Assembly (NCBI RefSeq): GCF_006345805.1 | Contig: NC_043023.1 | Coordinates: 5,704,001 to 5,768,000 of the forward strand | Source: Octopus sinensis | Taxonomy: Eukaryota | Direction of reading: 5' to 3' | DNA length: 64,000 nt | Shown here: piece by piece, positions 1 through 12,735 of the stretch | Position numbering within the stretch: position 1 is the stretch's first letter | How the letters are laid out: every line of letters starts with the position of its first letter | Translations under genes and position numbers: made by a program | The notes under the pieces: model-generated | The model's database searches: none | What the model was told of the DNA's origin: nothing | The model's input: only the letters and a program-made list of their open reading frames with translations

Positions 1-229
1 CATATACCCCCCTCCAACCCTATCGCATTTGTTTTAATTTATTCATTCCCATGAAATGTATGACATGGTGAAGGTGAAGTGAGTCACACTTCACCCCAGG
101 TAGGAACTGAAGTCAGGATCCAGGGACTTAAATATGCTACATTGCCGACACCCCTCTCCTCTCCCCAGCCAAATAACCTCACCTTTATATTACAAGCCAT
201 ATAGACCCTACCTTTAAATTCATAACGAT

Positions 230-957
230 AATAATAATAATGTTTTCAAATTTTGGTACAAGGCCAGCAATTTTGGGTGTGTGATCAAGTCAATTACATC
301 GACCCCAGTGCATAACTGGTAATTATTTTGTCAACCCTGAAAGGATGAAAGGGAAAGTTGACCCCAGCAGAATTTGAACTCAAGAACATAAAGATGGGTG
401 AAATGCTGTCAGTACGCGACTAGAAATTATTTTGTTGACCCTGAAAGGATGAAAGGCAAAGTTCACCTCGGTGGAATTTGAACTCAGAATGTAGCAGCAG
501 ATGAAATACCACTAAGCATTTCACCCAGCGTGTTAATGATTGTTGCAGATTGCCACCTTAATGATAATAATAATAATCCTTTCTACTATAGGGACAAGGC
601 CTGAAATTTTGCGGGAGGGGACCAGTCAATTAGATTGAACCCAGTACATAACTGGTATGTAATTTATCAACCCTGAAAGGATGAAAGGCAAAGTCGACCT
701 CGGCAGAATTTGAACTCAGAGCGTAGCAGGAGACAAAATACCACTAAGCATTTAACGATTCTGCCAGTTTGCCACCTTAATATATTAACAATGGTTTCAA
801 ATTTTGACGGAGGGTCAACAATTTTTGACGCTAAACATTTTGCCCGGCATTCTGTTAGTTTGCTGTTTTAGCAGAAGGAAATATTGCAAGTGACTTTGTC
901 CAATGCCAGCTTGCCAATAATAATAATAATAATAATGATGATGATGATGATGATGAC

Positions 958-1000
<43 letters not shown>

Positions 1001-1217
1001 GTAATAATAATAATAATTCTTTCTAATAGAGGTACAAGGTCCGAAATTTCAGGGGAGGGAGTAAGTCAACTACACTGACCCCAGTACTTATTTTATCAGC
1101 CCCCAAAAGGATGAAAGGCAAAGTTGACCTCGGTGGAATTTGAACTCAGAAGATTGTGATGAGCAAAATACCGCTAAGCCCGGCAGGCTAACGATTCTGC
1201 CAGCTTACCAACTAATG

Positions 1218-1262
<45 letters not shown>

Positions 1263-1830
1263 TTAATAATAATGATAGTAGTATTGATGATGATGATGAT
1301 GATGATAATAATTGTAATAATAATAAAGGGGATAACGGTAATGATGATGTTGATGATGGTGATGATAATGAAACTAGAGATGGTATTTAAATAACAATTC
1401 CTTATATAGGCAGAAGGCAAGGAATTTTTTTTAAGCGGTGGCATTACTCATTTATGTTGGTACCAGTACATAACTGGTACTTATTTTTTAGCTCCTGAAA
1501 AAAAAAAACTGAAAGGTGAAGTTACCCTAGACAGAATTTGAACTCAGAATCTAAAGTATTTCATTTGATGCTCTACCAATTCTGCCAACCTACCACCTTG
1601 GATAATTTCTAATTTAGACATATGGCCCAGAAGTTTGAAGGATGTAGGGTCAGCTGATTAAATTGACACCAGCATTTAACTGGTACTTCATTTTATTGAC
1701 TCTGAAAGGATGAAAGGCAAAATTGATGTTGCTGGGACTTGAACTCAAAATGTAAAATAACATAAAGAGGCTTAACCAAATATTTGTAGACCATTTTAGT
1801 CAGATGTTCTACCAATTTTTCCCGTCCCTC
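230..1830. repeat. Head-to-tail cluster of ~6-7 degenerate SINE-derived units separated by (AAT)n
   Basis: Recurring ACTGGTAC..TTTATCGACCCC GAAAGGATGAAAGGCAAAGTTGACCTCGG..GAATTTGAACTCAG block about every 200-300 bp. Confidence 0.85.
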
Positions 1831-1864
1831 TGCCTTAAAATACTATGCAAAAAAGAAAAAAACA

Positions 1865-2045
1865 ATATGATAATAAATCATAATAAATTATATAAATTAT
1901 AATGAATTATAATAAATTATATGAATTATAATAAATCATAATAAATTATATAAATTATAATAAATTATAATAAATTATATGAATTATAATAAATTATAAT
2001 AAATTATATGAATTATAATAAATTATAATAAATTATAATACATTT
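1865..2045. repeat. AT-rich short-period tandem repeat (ATAATAAATTAT-like)
   Basis: Direct reading of the sequence. Confidence 0.85.
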
Positions 2046-2573
2046 CAATAATAATGTTGCTGGTTGCTGTGAGTGATTCCGACAATGAATTCACATCCTG
2101 TGTGTGTATGGAGTGGGTATTTTATGGGGTGGGTGTTTCTTTGTGGTGGGAGGGGTTGAAAAATCTTCTGTGTGTGTATGTATGTGTATGTGTATGTTAG
2201 GGGTGGAGCAGTTAAATGTAGTGGTGAGGGGGTGGTGGTAGTGATGCTGCTATTAAGAGTCATAATTTATATAGGATATGCGTGTGTGTGTGTGTGTGCG
2301 TGCGCGCACGCATGTGTATCTCAGTGCTTGCTTGGAAATTTGAACTTGCGCCTGCTCCCTCCACTCACATCGAAATCTACACCCTCGTTTTCTCTCATCC
2401 TTTACCCCCCCCCCCCACTGCCACAGCCATTTTTGCTTCTATAGCAACAGCAACAAAAATGAAAAATAAAAAAAAACAACAGAAATAATTTTAACAATAT
2501 AATTGTAACAACAATAACAACGATAACAACAATATATATAATAATGATAATAATAATAATAATAATAATAATG

Positions 2574-2606
<33 letters not shown>

Positions 2607-2746
2607 TCTAATTTTTGGCACAATGCCAGTAATTTTGAGGGGAAGGGGCCTTAGTTGATATTGTCAACCCCACTACTTGTCTGGTACTTTATTTAACGAC
2701 CCCTTGGAGGGATGAAAGGAAAAAGTTGACCTTGGCAGGATTGGAA

Positions 2747-2789
<43 letters not shown>

Positions 2790-3174
2790 TTGATGATGAT
2801 GATGATGATGGTTGCAAATTTTGGCATGAGGCCAAGAGGTTTGGGGGAGGGGCTAAGTCAGTTAAATCGACCCCAGTGTGCAGCTGGTACTTATTTTATT
2901 GACCCTGAAAGATGAAAGACAAAGTCGACCCCCCCACTGGCATTTGAACTAGTGATTTATCCAAGCTGTGTTGCCCTAATTACGATAATGACATCGACAT
3001 CTTTTTAATTAAAACGGCAAGGCATTGAAGAATTGTGAGGGTCACTAAGCCGCCTGACAGATCTGCTCTGGCTCACCGTGGCCTCTATTCAAGAATCTGC
3101 CATCATCAGCTTTGCCTTTTGTCCTTCTGGGGTCAATAAAGAAAGTACCAGTATAGGGCAGCAGATTGGTGGAA

Positions 3175-3802
3175 CTGTTAGAGTACAGAATGTGTTTTCT
3201 TGTATTGCATCTGTTAGAGTACAGAATGTGTTTTCTTGTATTGCATCTGTTAGAGTACAGGATGTGTTTTCTTGTATCGGATCTGTTAGAGTACAGGATG
3301 TGTTTTCTTGTATTGCATCTGTTAGAGTACAGGATGTGTTTTCTTGTATTGCATCTGTTAGAGTACAGGATGTATTCTCATGTATTGTATCTGTTAGAGT
3401 ACAGGATGTGTTTTCTTGTATTGTATCTGTTAGAGTACAGGATGTATTTTCTTGTATTGTATCTGTTAGAGTACAGGATGTGTTTTCTTGTATTGTATCT
3501 GTTAGAGTACAGGATGTGTTTTCTTGTATTGTATCTGTTAGAGTACAGGATGTGTTTTCTTGTATTGCATCTGTTAGAGTACAGGATGTATTTTCTTGTA
3601 TCGGATCTATTAGAGTACAGGATGTGTTCTCATGTATTGTATCTGTTAGAGTACAGGATGTGTTTTCTTGTATCGGATCTGTTAGAGTACAGGATCTGTT
3701 CTCTTGTATCGGATCTGTTAGAGTACAGGATCTGTTCTCTTGTATCGGATCTGTTAGAGTACAGGATCTGTTCCCTTGTAGTATCCTATTTGTTAGAGTA
3801 CA
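3175..3802. repeat. 36-bp minisatellite, ~17 copies, no indels
   Basis: Unit CTGTTAGAGTACAGGATGTGTTTTCTTGTATTGCAT; appears as 12-aa repeats in the ORF track. Confidence 0.97.
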
Positions 3803-4432
3803 TGGTGTTGCCTTGCTGCATGTTAACCATGTTGCCACTTCATGCTTTGAAAGCAATACATGTGACATCATTGGCACCATGAAGTATTGATGTAGGGATG
3901 TGGAAACATCAGGCTTTTCATGTTTGAAATGTTTGGGTAGCTACTGGTCTGCCCAAGCCTGCACCTTGGTGAGAAATTGTCAAAGTGATGAATCTCTGAG
4001 TATGTATGTGTGTGTGTATGTATGTATTATATGTGTGTGTGTGTATGTATGTATGTATGTATGTATGTATGTATGTGTGTATGTATGTATGTATGTATGT
4101 ATGTGTAAATTGCAGGGAGGAAAGGGGAGTGGGGAGAAGCCAATACACGTTAGCAAAAGGGTTCCATTGGCAATGGGTAGTGTAGGAGAGGTGAAGGAAG
4201 AGGAGGCAGTTAATTGGAGTTTCAAAAAAAAGGGGCAGATAGCAGGGTGAGGGCAGCAATGATGCTGGAAGTATGAAAAATAAATACAGGGACAGACCAA
4301 ATTAGTAATTTAAAATGATTAATAATGATCAGCAATTTTTAATATGAGAAGGCAGAAGGAGACAGGCAAAGTGGGTCGACAAGGGCTTTCGAAATGTGTA
4401 GGGGGTGGTGTTAGGTAGACGTGATCAAGAAA

Positions 4433-4480
<48 letters not shown>

Positions 4481-4606
4481 CAAGCACACCAATGAAGGAA
4501 ATAAAAAAATAATTAACATCAGTCCCACCCACTCTGTTTAATTAGATTCTAATTACATTCTAATTAAACTAATGTTAAAATACCCAGCTTTCTCTCCTTG
4601 AACATA

Positions 4607-4659
<53 letters not shown>

Positions 4660-4762
4660 ATATAATATATATATATATATAATATATATATATTATATAT
4701 ACATATATGCACAGTCACACACACACACACATATATATACACACACACATACATATACACAG

Positions 4763-5283
4763 ACATGCAGGGAGTAGACACCTTTTATTTTCAAAATTTC
4801 TGATCTAAGCGTCTTAATATGTTTTCAGCTGTGTCGAATTTACAATTCTAATTATTCTTTTTCATTCCAGGTGCCATTATATTAAACATTTGCAAAGAGT
4901 AACCATGCCACACACAAAAGATTCCGCACAACTGTCAGATTTTCAAAGAGGTCGTATTGTTGGGCAATCTGGGGCTGGTCTTAGCTAACGAAAAATTGCC
5001 GAAAATCTTCAAATTCCTCTTGCTACTGTTAATAGAATTATATTGCAATTCAAAAGCCAAGGAAAAAACTCAACAGATTCTCGTCCTGGCCAACCTGGGC
5101 CCTCGGAAATAGAATTGTAGAAAACAAATCCCGTTCGTAGGCTTCTGACATTGCAAAACAGCTAGAAGTTAGTCCAAGAATGGGTATTATGGACGAGCAG
5201 CTAGAAGAAAACCTCTCCTTCAACCAATTATTATCAAATAAAAGATTTTGAAAATTAAAGGTGCCTATTCACTTCCTGCATGT
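4763..5283 (+). mobile_element. Tc1-family transposon, internally deleted and defective
   Basis: Imperfect TIRs ACATGCAGGGAGT..CACCTTTTATTTTCAAAAT / ATTTTGAAAATTAAAGGTG..ACTTCCTGCATGT; stop-interrupted Tc1 N-terminal HTH ([29 protein letters not shown]) and GRAARRKPLL. Confidence 0.85.
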
Positions 5284-5384
5284 CTGTGTATATATACTTT
5301 AATATATATCTATATATTTACACTATAATATATAGATGTAAATATATATACATCTATGTATTATATATATATATATATATAGTA

Positions 5385-5422
<38 letters not shown>

Positions 5423-5492
5423 GTATACATATATATACATATATACATATTATACATATGTATACATATATATATATACGTGTGTGTGTATC

Positions 5493-5534
<42 letters not shown>

Positions 5535-6219
5535 TATTATATATTTATGTATATATATAATATATATATATATATATGTATATATATGCATATATATTAT
5601 ATATTTATGTATATATATATATGTATATATATATATATGTACATGTATGTATATATATATATATATGTGTGTCTATATATATACCCTAACTTAAGCTCAA
5701 GTGGTGGGATGTGGCTGAGTAAATACTTTCTTTGGAATATATTTTTGAAGAGTGAGGGTTGTGGGGGAGGGGGTCTAGTTGGTTGGTTTGTTGGGTGGGT
5801 GGGTGGGTGGTTAATTGAATTATTTGGTTGGTCAGTCAGTTGGTTGGTTGGCTGCAGGTCGCATTGGTAGTGTTGGTGGTGATGGTGATGATGGTGGTGG
5901 TGGTGGTGGTGAAGTTAGTGTTGGTGGTGGTGGTGGTGGTGATGTTGCTGGTGGCAGTTGTCATGGTAGAGTTTTGGGGAAGATGGAGAGGGTTAAGATT
6001 AAGATAAAGATTATTGGATAAGGCTTAAGAAGTCTGTAGGTGCTGGTGAGAGGATGCAGGTAGAAATGGTTTTAGTGAGCAGTTAAAATAGAGTGAGAGA
6101 TAGAGATGAAGAGAGTGGTTGTGTGTGGGTGGAGTTGAGAGAAAGAGAGGTGTAAGGGAATGTATATGTAAGGGATGCATGTAGGAGGGAAGAGGAAATT
6201 GTATATGATTGTGTAGGAG

Positions 6220-6670
6220 GTGAAACAGACTGGGTGTGGTTCAGTGAAGAAAGTGATAGTGGGTGGGCACGGTTATGTTTGTGTAGTAAGTAAAACAGTT
6301 TAGAAAGTAGTAGTAGGTGTGGCTGTGTGCAGAAAAATCAAGTGATAGTGGGTGTAGTCGAGTATGAAGAAGAATCAGACAATGGGCGTGGCTATGTGTG
6401 GGTAGGAAGTGAAACAGATAGTGGGTGTGGCTGTGTAAAAAGTGATAGTGGGTGTAGCAGTGTGCAGAAAAATTAAGAGACAGTGGGCGTGGCTGTGTAG
6501 GAAGAGGAAAGGGATAGTGGGTGTGGCTAAGTGTGTTAGGGAGAAAGAAATAGTGTATATTGCTGTCTGTAGGAGGTGAAACGGATAGGTGGGCATGGCT
6601 CTGTATAGAAGGGGAAAGTGATAGTGGGTGTTTCTGTAAAAAGATAGAAATAGTGGGTGTAGCTATGTAA
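6220..6670. repeat. Degenerate tandem repeat built on GATAGTGGGTGTGGCTGTGT
   Basis: The motif recurs about 10 times with variable spacing. Confidence 0.75.
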
Positions 6671-6789
6671 AGGCGGGGAAAAAGGGCAGAGATTGGTAAT
6701 TTATTGTTGCTGTTTAGCCTGAGAACAATCCTGATCAAGTAGAGTTTAAGATCAAAGGCAATCCAGCTGTGACCATCACGTTTGTTGAG

Positions 6790-8146
6790 GGTTGTCTAAA
6801 ATTACATTATTTAATGTGTCCTTTTCTGTGTTTATTTTTTTTGAAGACAACAGAATACAATTTTTGAAGAAAATTTTGCTGCTATGTCTAACCTTGTTGA
6901 GTGGTTGTGTAGAAGTGCCCAGATTGGCTGCACGGTCTCCATTTTTTCATGAGTGTCATAGGTTGCAAGAGGAGGGGGACGGGGGGAAAAGGGGAGAAAC
7001 AGGGAAAGTGGTACTCTTCTTTTTCCTAATAACCCACCACTCTCCACCTTCCTCTGCTACATGCACACATACTAAGCTCCTCCCACCACCTTTATTCTTC
7101 CGTCTGTCTGTTTGTCTCTCTCACTCCTTCTCTGTCTGTTTCTTCCTTCCTTTACACACTCACACATACACACACACTGCCCTAATCTCCCACCCCCCAC
7201 AATTCTACTCCACCTCAGCTGCCGTACAGCGATGGCCACTGACCAACAGTTCACACCACATCACAAGACAATGACCACAACGAAGACAACACAACCTTTC
7301 ACTTACTACTGTAACTACTACTACTACTACTGCTACTACTACTACGACCATCACCATCGCCATCACCATGGCGATGACGATGACAATGACGACAACAATC
7401 ACAAACACTACTACCACTGCCACCACCTCCACTGGTTTACCACACTACCATCACCACCGCGACTATGACAACGAGACAACAACACCACCTGACCTGACCT
7501 CACCTGACCTCACCTGACCTCACCACGCCTTGCCCTCCCGCATCAACACACCCCCTGGTACCAACTCACTGTCGCATTTCGCTCTGCCCATTATATCTAC
7601 TCCATCACTCCACTCCAACACTCACTCACACTCACACTCACGCACTCTCCCTCTCTTCTCTGCTGTTCCTCGTCTCCCCCCATTTTTTTCATATCTTTAT
7701 TTTTTTTTCCTTTCCTTACCCTTCCTGTTCTTACCCCTCCCTGTTCCACCCCCGAACTCAACAGCGTGGTGGCAGGCGGGGGAGGGGGTTGGTTTGGTTA
7801 TGGTTTGGTTGGTTGGTTGATTCGGGTTTTGAAGAGGGGTGGATGTGGTGGGACAGGGGGAAATTCATTAGCTGTGAAGATTATTTTGGCAATTTCTTTT
7901 CTTTTCATGAAGGGTTTTCTCTGTATTTAAAGGGTGTCCTGATAAATGTGGGGACACTCTTTCCACCTATTTTGACTTGATATTTTTCTTTTCTTTTCCT
8001 TTCTTTCCTTTTTTAAATTCTTTTTTTAGAAAAAAACCTGCTTCATTTCGAAAAAAAATTTTTTTTTAAATAAAAAAAAAAGAAAAACAAAGCACTGCTA
8101 CTTCATTCCACCCCGCCTAACAATCCCCAGACCCTTAAAATTTGCT
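6790..8146 (-). other. Putative synapsin 3' UTR, extent unknown
   Basis: Follows the stop codon; minus-strand AATAAA at 7696-7701 and 6831-6836. No transcript evidence is available. Confidence 0.4.
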
Positions 8147-8417
8147 TCACATGTCCCCGAAAATTCCAGCGAAAGTCTTCCGAAGGTTTTGCATTGTGTC
8201 CTCATCTTGGCCCTGCCCCCCTGGGGCCGGCGGGTGCGCCTGGTTCCCTGACTGCTGTTGTTGGTGAGGGTGCTGCTGTTGGCTTTGTTGTTGCTGGTGT
8301 TGTTGTTGTTGTTGTTGCTGCTGCGGTGGTGGTGGCGGCGGCTGCCCCGCTGCTTGCGGTGGACCCTGTCCTGGCTGTCCGGGCCTTGCTGGAACACCAG
8401 GTTGCTGACCGGGAGGT
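8147..8417 (-). CDS. Syn: Synapsin terminal coding exon 12: Pro/Gln-rich D region plus E domain ...DEDTMQNLRKTFAGIFGDM*
   Basis: Acceptor CATTTTTCTCAG|A; TGA at 8147-8149; the E-domain motif resembles vertebrate LRKSFASLFSD. Confidence 0.96.
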
Positions 8418-9009
8418 CTGAGAAAAATGATAAAAACAACAGTTAAAATTTAGCAAAGGAAGTTCTTAAAATGCACCCAACAACAACAACAACAATAATG
8501 ATAATAATAATAATCATTCCTACCATAAGTACAAGGCCTAAATTTTGTACCGTCAATTACATCAACCCCTATACTCAACTGGTACTTAATTTATTGACCC
8601 CAAAAAATATGAAAGGCCAAGTCAATGTCGGTGGAATTCCTTTCTACTATAGGCACAAGGCCTCAAGTTTTGTAACGTTGGTTACATTGACCTCAGTGCA
8701 TAACTGGTACTTATTTCATCAACCATGAATGGATGAAAGGCAAAGTCAACCCCTGCAGAATTTGAACTCAGAATGTGAAGATGGACAGAAAACCGCTAAG
8801 TATTTCACCTGGTGTGCTAACAATTCTGCCAGCCCATTGCCTTAATAATAATGATAATAATAATAATAATGATAATAATAATAATAATAATAATGATAAT
8901 AATAATAATAATAATAATAATGATAATAATAATATTAATAATAATAATGATAATAATAATAATAATGATAATAATAATAATAATAGGAAAGCAAAATATT
9001 TGCTATTGA

Positions 9010-9900
9010 TCTCGTGCAGGATACCCAAACTGAACAACCCGAGGGAAGTACGGCAACTATTGTTGCAAAGAAGGTGAAAATGATGGCAATGAAAAAAGCG
9101 CACGAGCAATTGGCTGATAGGTGGGAGGAGAAACCTCTGCACGGCAAATATGTTGATGTTGACCAGAAGCAAACCCATCAGTGGCTACGGAGCTCAGGGC
9201 TAAAAGCAGAGAGCGAAGGTTTCATCCTGGCTGCTCAAGATCAAAGCCTATTAACCCGGAACTACCAGGCCAATGTGATGAAAAATGGAGCAGACCCAAA
9301 ATGCCGATTCTGCAACGACATGATTGAAACAGTGGACCACCTAATCTCTGGATGTAAAGTCTTAGCACCAGTGGAGTATAAATTAAGACATGACAGAGTT
9401 GGCCAATATCTACACTGGCTAATAAGTCGGCATTACAATATCAAAACTGCCGACAAGTGGTATAATCACCACCCTGAGGCTGTGGGACTTTCCAGTACAT
9501 ACAGACCGAACCATCAAGGCCAATAAACCAGATATTGTTCTTAAAGACCAAAACAATAAAGTTTGCTTATTGATCGACATGAGCATCCCCTGTGATCATA
9601 ATATCTCAGCGAAAGAGTTTGACAAGCTCAGAAAATATAAAGACCTACTCATTGAAATTGAGAAAATGTGGCATCTCAAGGCGGTTACAATACCAGTGAT
9701 CGTAGGAGCACTAGGAATGATCAAGAAGGGAACCGAAAATTATATGAAAATGATCCCTGGCTTACCATCCCTGCAAGAAGTGCAAAAGATTGTCTTAACT
9801 GGTACATCACACGTATTGAGAAGAGCATTGTCGATGTGAGAACTGTTGCTGCTCATGTATTTTAATTTAACTTTAAAAAAAAAAAAAAAAAAAAAAAAAT
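9010..9900 (+). mobile_element. 5'-truncated R4/Dong-clade non-LTR retrotransposon (zinc knuckle + restriction-like endonuclease) inserted in (TAA)n
   Basis: ORF pieces ..GFILAAQDQSL..CRFC..ETVDHLISGC..RHDRV.., NKPDIVL, IDMSIPCDHN, K..KYKDL, VIVGALG, ending in poly(A); flanked by long (AAT)n at 8845-8985 and 10020-10155. Confidence 0.85.
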
Positions 9901-10083
9901 TAACGAACTACTGAGTTTGGTTTAATGGCCTACCAATGTATACTATGAGTTTCTTTGCCCTAGGAGTCGGGAAGACACTCGGCAAGAAATGGAAGCAAAT
10001 TTGAAAGAAGAAAAAAAAAAGTAATAATAATAATAATGATAATAATAATAATAATAATGATAATAATAATAATAATAATAATG

Positions 10084-10144
<61 letters not shown>

Positions 10145-10204
10145 TAATAATAATATATATTTTACCCCAGTGTCACTTTGATGGCATGCACTGCTCTCTC
10201 ACTC

Positions 10205-10244
<40 letters not shown>

Positions 10245-10259
10245 TAATAAAAAAATTAA

Positions 10260-10485
10260 AAAAGATATTCAGACAAATACATAACAAAAACACCAGGACT
10301 TACAAACACATATAACATACAGAAAATTGCACTACTAGGCACTGCACACATCCTGCGCAGAACACTTTCCATACAATAACCATCAGAGTATCACAACAAA
10401 TCACAGCACATACCCAAGGCACACAGAGCTGCGCTCGGTAGTGAAGTGAAAGCACGCTATAAAAAATAAAACTACTGAATAATAA
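10260..10485 (+). mobile_element. 3' end of a second R4/Dong-like element embedded in (AAT)n
   Basis: Translates ..TPGLTNTYNIQKIALLGTAHILRRTLSIQ*, homologous to the C-terminus of the 9570-9839 ORF (QKIVLTGTSHVLRRALSM). Confidence 0.75.
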
Positions 10486-10496
10486 TAATAATAATA

Positions 10497-10543
<47 letters not shown>

Positions 10544-10553
10544 AATAATAATG

Positions 10554-10587
<34 letters not shown>

Positions 10588-10799
10588 TAATAATAATACT
10601 AATAATAATGATGATGATGATAATAATAATGCTTTCAAATTTTGGCACAAGGCCAGCTGTTTTGGGGAAGGGGTTAAGTTGATAGCATCAGTCTCATTGA
10701 TCAACTGGTACTTATTTTATCGACCCCAAAAGGATGAAAGGCAAAGTTAATCTTGGCAGCATTTGAACTCAGAATGTAAAGATGGACCAAATGCCTCTA

Positions 10800-11126
10800 A
10801 GCAAATGGACCCCAGAACTATTCTTTGTAAGCCTAGTATTTATTCTATCGGTACCTTTTGCCGAACCGCTAAGTTATTGGAACGTAAACACACCAACATT
10901 GGTTGTCAAGTGATGGTGGGGGAACAAATGCAGACATACAAACATACACACACACACACATATACGATGGGCTTCTTTCAGTTTCCATCTACCAAGTCCA
11001 CTCACAAGGCTTTGGTCGGCCCGGGGCTATAGTAGAAGACACTTGCCCAAGGTGCCACGCAGTGGGACTGAACCCAGAACCATGTGGTTGGTTAGCAAGC
11101 TACTTACCACACAGCCACTCCTGCAC

Positions 11127-11160
<34 letters not shown>

Positions 11161-11370
11161 GTATATATATATATAATTATATATATATATACATATACAC
11201 ATATATACGATGGGCTTCTTCCAGTTTCCGTCTACCAAATCCACTCACAAGGCTTTGGTCAGCCCGAGGCTATAGTAGAAGACACTTGCCCAAAATGTCA
11301 CGCAGTTGGACTGAACCCAGAACCATGTGGTTGGTAAGCAAGCTACTTACCACACAGTCACTCCTGCACC

Positions 11371-11372
<2 letters not shown>
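10800..11372 (-). mobile_element. tRNA-head SINE, one long copy plus an adjacent shorter copy
   Basis: Reverse complement begins GCAGGAGTGGCTGTGTGGTAAGTAGCTTG..GGTTC.GGGTTCAGTCCCACTG (A/B-box-like); more than a dozen related copies occur in the window. Confidence 0.9.
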
Positions 11373-11421
<49 letters not shown>

Positions 11422-11526
11422 ATACAAACACAATTTATATCTAGAATTATATTACCATGTACTTCCTTTATCTTAATATTAGGGAGATTTAGCTGTTATT
11501 TCTAGCATGTGAAGAATCTCACTTAC

Positions 11527-11628
11527 CCGCCATCAGTTTGACCAGTACGTGATCCAGCTGGCCGTGGAGGTGGTGGTGGTGGAGTGTCTGCCGTGTACTG
11601 TTGTTGTAGGGAGCCACTGGGTCCTTGA
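11527..11628 (-). CDS. Syn: Synapsin exon 11 (Pro-rich D region): (S)QGPSGSLQQQYTADTPPPPPPRPAGSRTGQTDG(G)
   Basis: Acceptor TCTCTACTACAG|T, donor GG|GTAAGT, 102 nt, phase 2 at both ends, open in the required frame. Confidence 0.88.
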
Positions 11629-11947
11629 CTGTAGTAGAGAATGAAAGATCATCAGTAGTGGTGGTCATGGCAGTGCTGGTGATGGGGATGGTAGTGGTGG
11701 CTCTGGTGGGGATGGTGGTGGTGATTGTGATGAAAGTGGTGGTGGTGGTGGTGGAGGAGAGGGTGGTGGGAGTGCAGCTTGTGTTGGTGATTGATGGTGA
11801 TGGTACTACAACTGAGGTTGGTGCTGGAGGTGGTGAAGGAGGGATATTGGTGACCGGTGGTGGTGATGATGGGGTTTGTGGTAATGATGATGATGATGAA
11901 GTAGTGATGGTTGTGGTGTATTATATGTATCTATATAAAGAAAACAT

Positions 11948-12735
11948 GGGAGGCGTAATGGCCCAGTGGTTAGAGCAGCGGACTAGCAGTCGTAGGATCA
12001 CGGTTTCGATTCCCAGACTGGGCGCTGTGAGTGTTTATTGCGCAAAAACACCTAAAGCTCCACGAGGCTCCAGCAGGGGGTGGTGACAATCTCTGTTGTA
12101 CTCTTTCGCCACAACTTTCCCTCACTCTTTCTTCTGTTAGCCTGCTCGCTTAGCCAGTGGGGTGGCGTCATTTGAAGGCTTAAACAATGTGAAGAGCATT
12201 GTGACCAGCAGTGCGCATTGTGACCAGCGATGCGCATTGTGACCAGCGATGCGTATTGTGTCCAGCGATGTGCATTGTGACCAGCAATGCACATTGTGAC
12301 CAGTAATGCGTATTGTGACCAGCGATGCATATTGTGACCAGTAATGCACATTGTGACCAGCGATGTGTATTGTGACCAGCGATGTGTATTGTGACCAGCA
12401 ATGCGCATTGTGACCAGCGATGCGCATTGTGATCAGCAATGCACATTGCGACCAGTAATGCACATTGTGACCAGTAATGCGCATTGTAACTAGCGATGTG
12501 CATTATGATCAGTGATGCGCATTGTGACCAGCAATGCACATTGTGACTAGCGATACACATTGTAACTAGCGATGTGCATTGTGACCAGTGATGCGCATTG
12601 TGACCAGCGGTGCACATTGTGACCAGCGATGTGCATTGTGACCGGCGATGCGCATTGTGACCAGCGATGCGCATTGTGACCAGCGATGTGTAACAACATC
12701 TGATAGCCTGGTCAATCACGGTGATCACGATGATA
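11948..12735 (+). mobile_element. tRNA-head SINE containing an internal 19-bp minisatellite expansion (~25 units, 12205-12690)
   Basis: Head GGAGGCGTAATGGCCCAGTGGTTAGAGCAGCGGAC..GGTTTCGATTCCCAG; unit CATTGTGACCAGCGATGCG; the related copy at 27270-27380 has a single unit. Confidence 0.9.

Noticed and set aside
3078-3890. 270-, 263- and 238-aa ORFs as a real gene
   Set aside because: They are explained by a stop-free 36-bp unit; the flank is a decayed SINE and there is no domain similarity.
8135-8149. Stop-codon readthrough, as reported for Drosophila synapsin
   Set aside because: After TGA the frame reads AGC AAA TTT TAA, so only three residues could be added.
11948-12025. tRNA-like A/B-box sequences here and at 13215 and 60650
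   Set aside because: These are SINE heads continuing into SINE bodies, with no complete cloverleaf.
3175-12690. CRISPR-like arrays
   Set aside because: The repeats are contiguous, have no unique spacers, and sit in a eukaryotic context.
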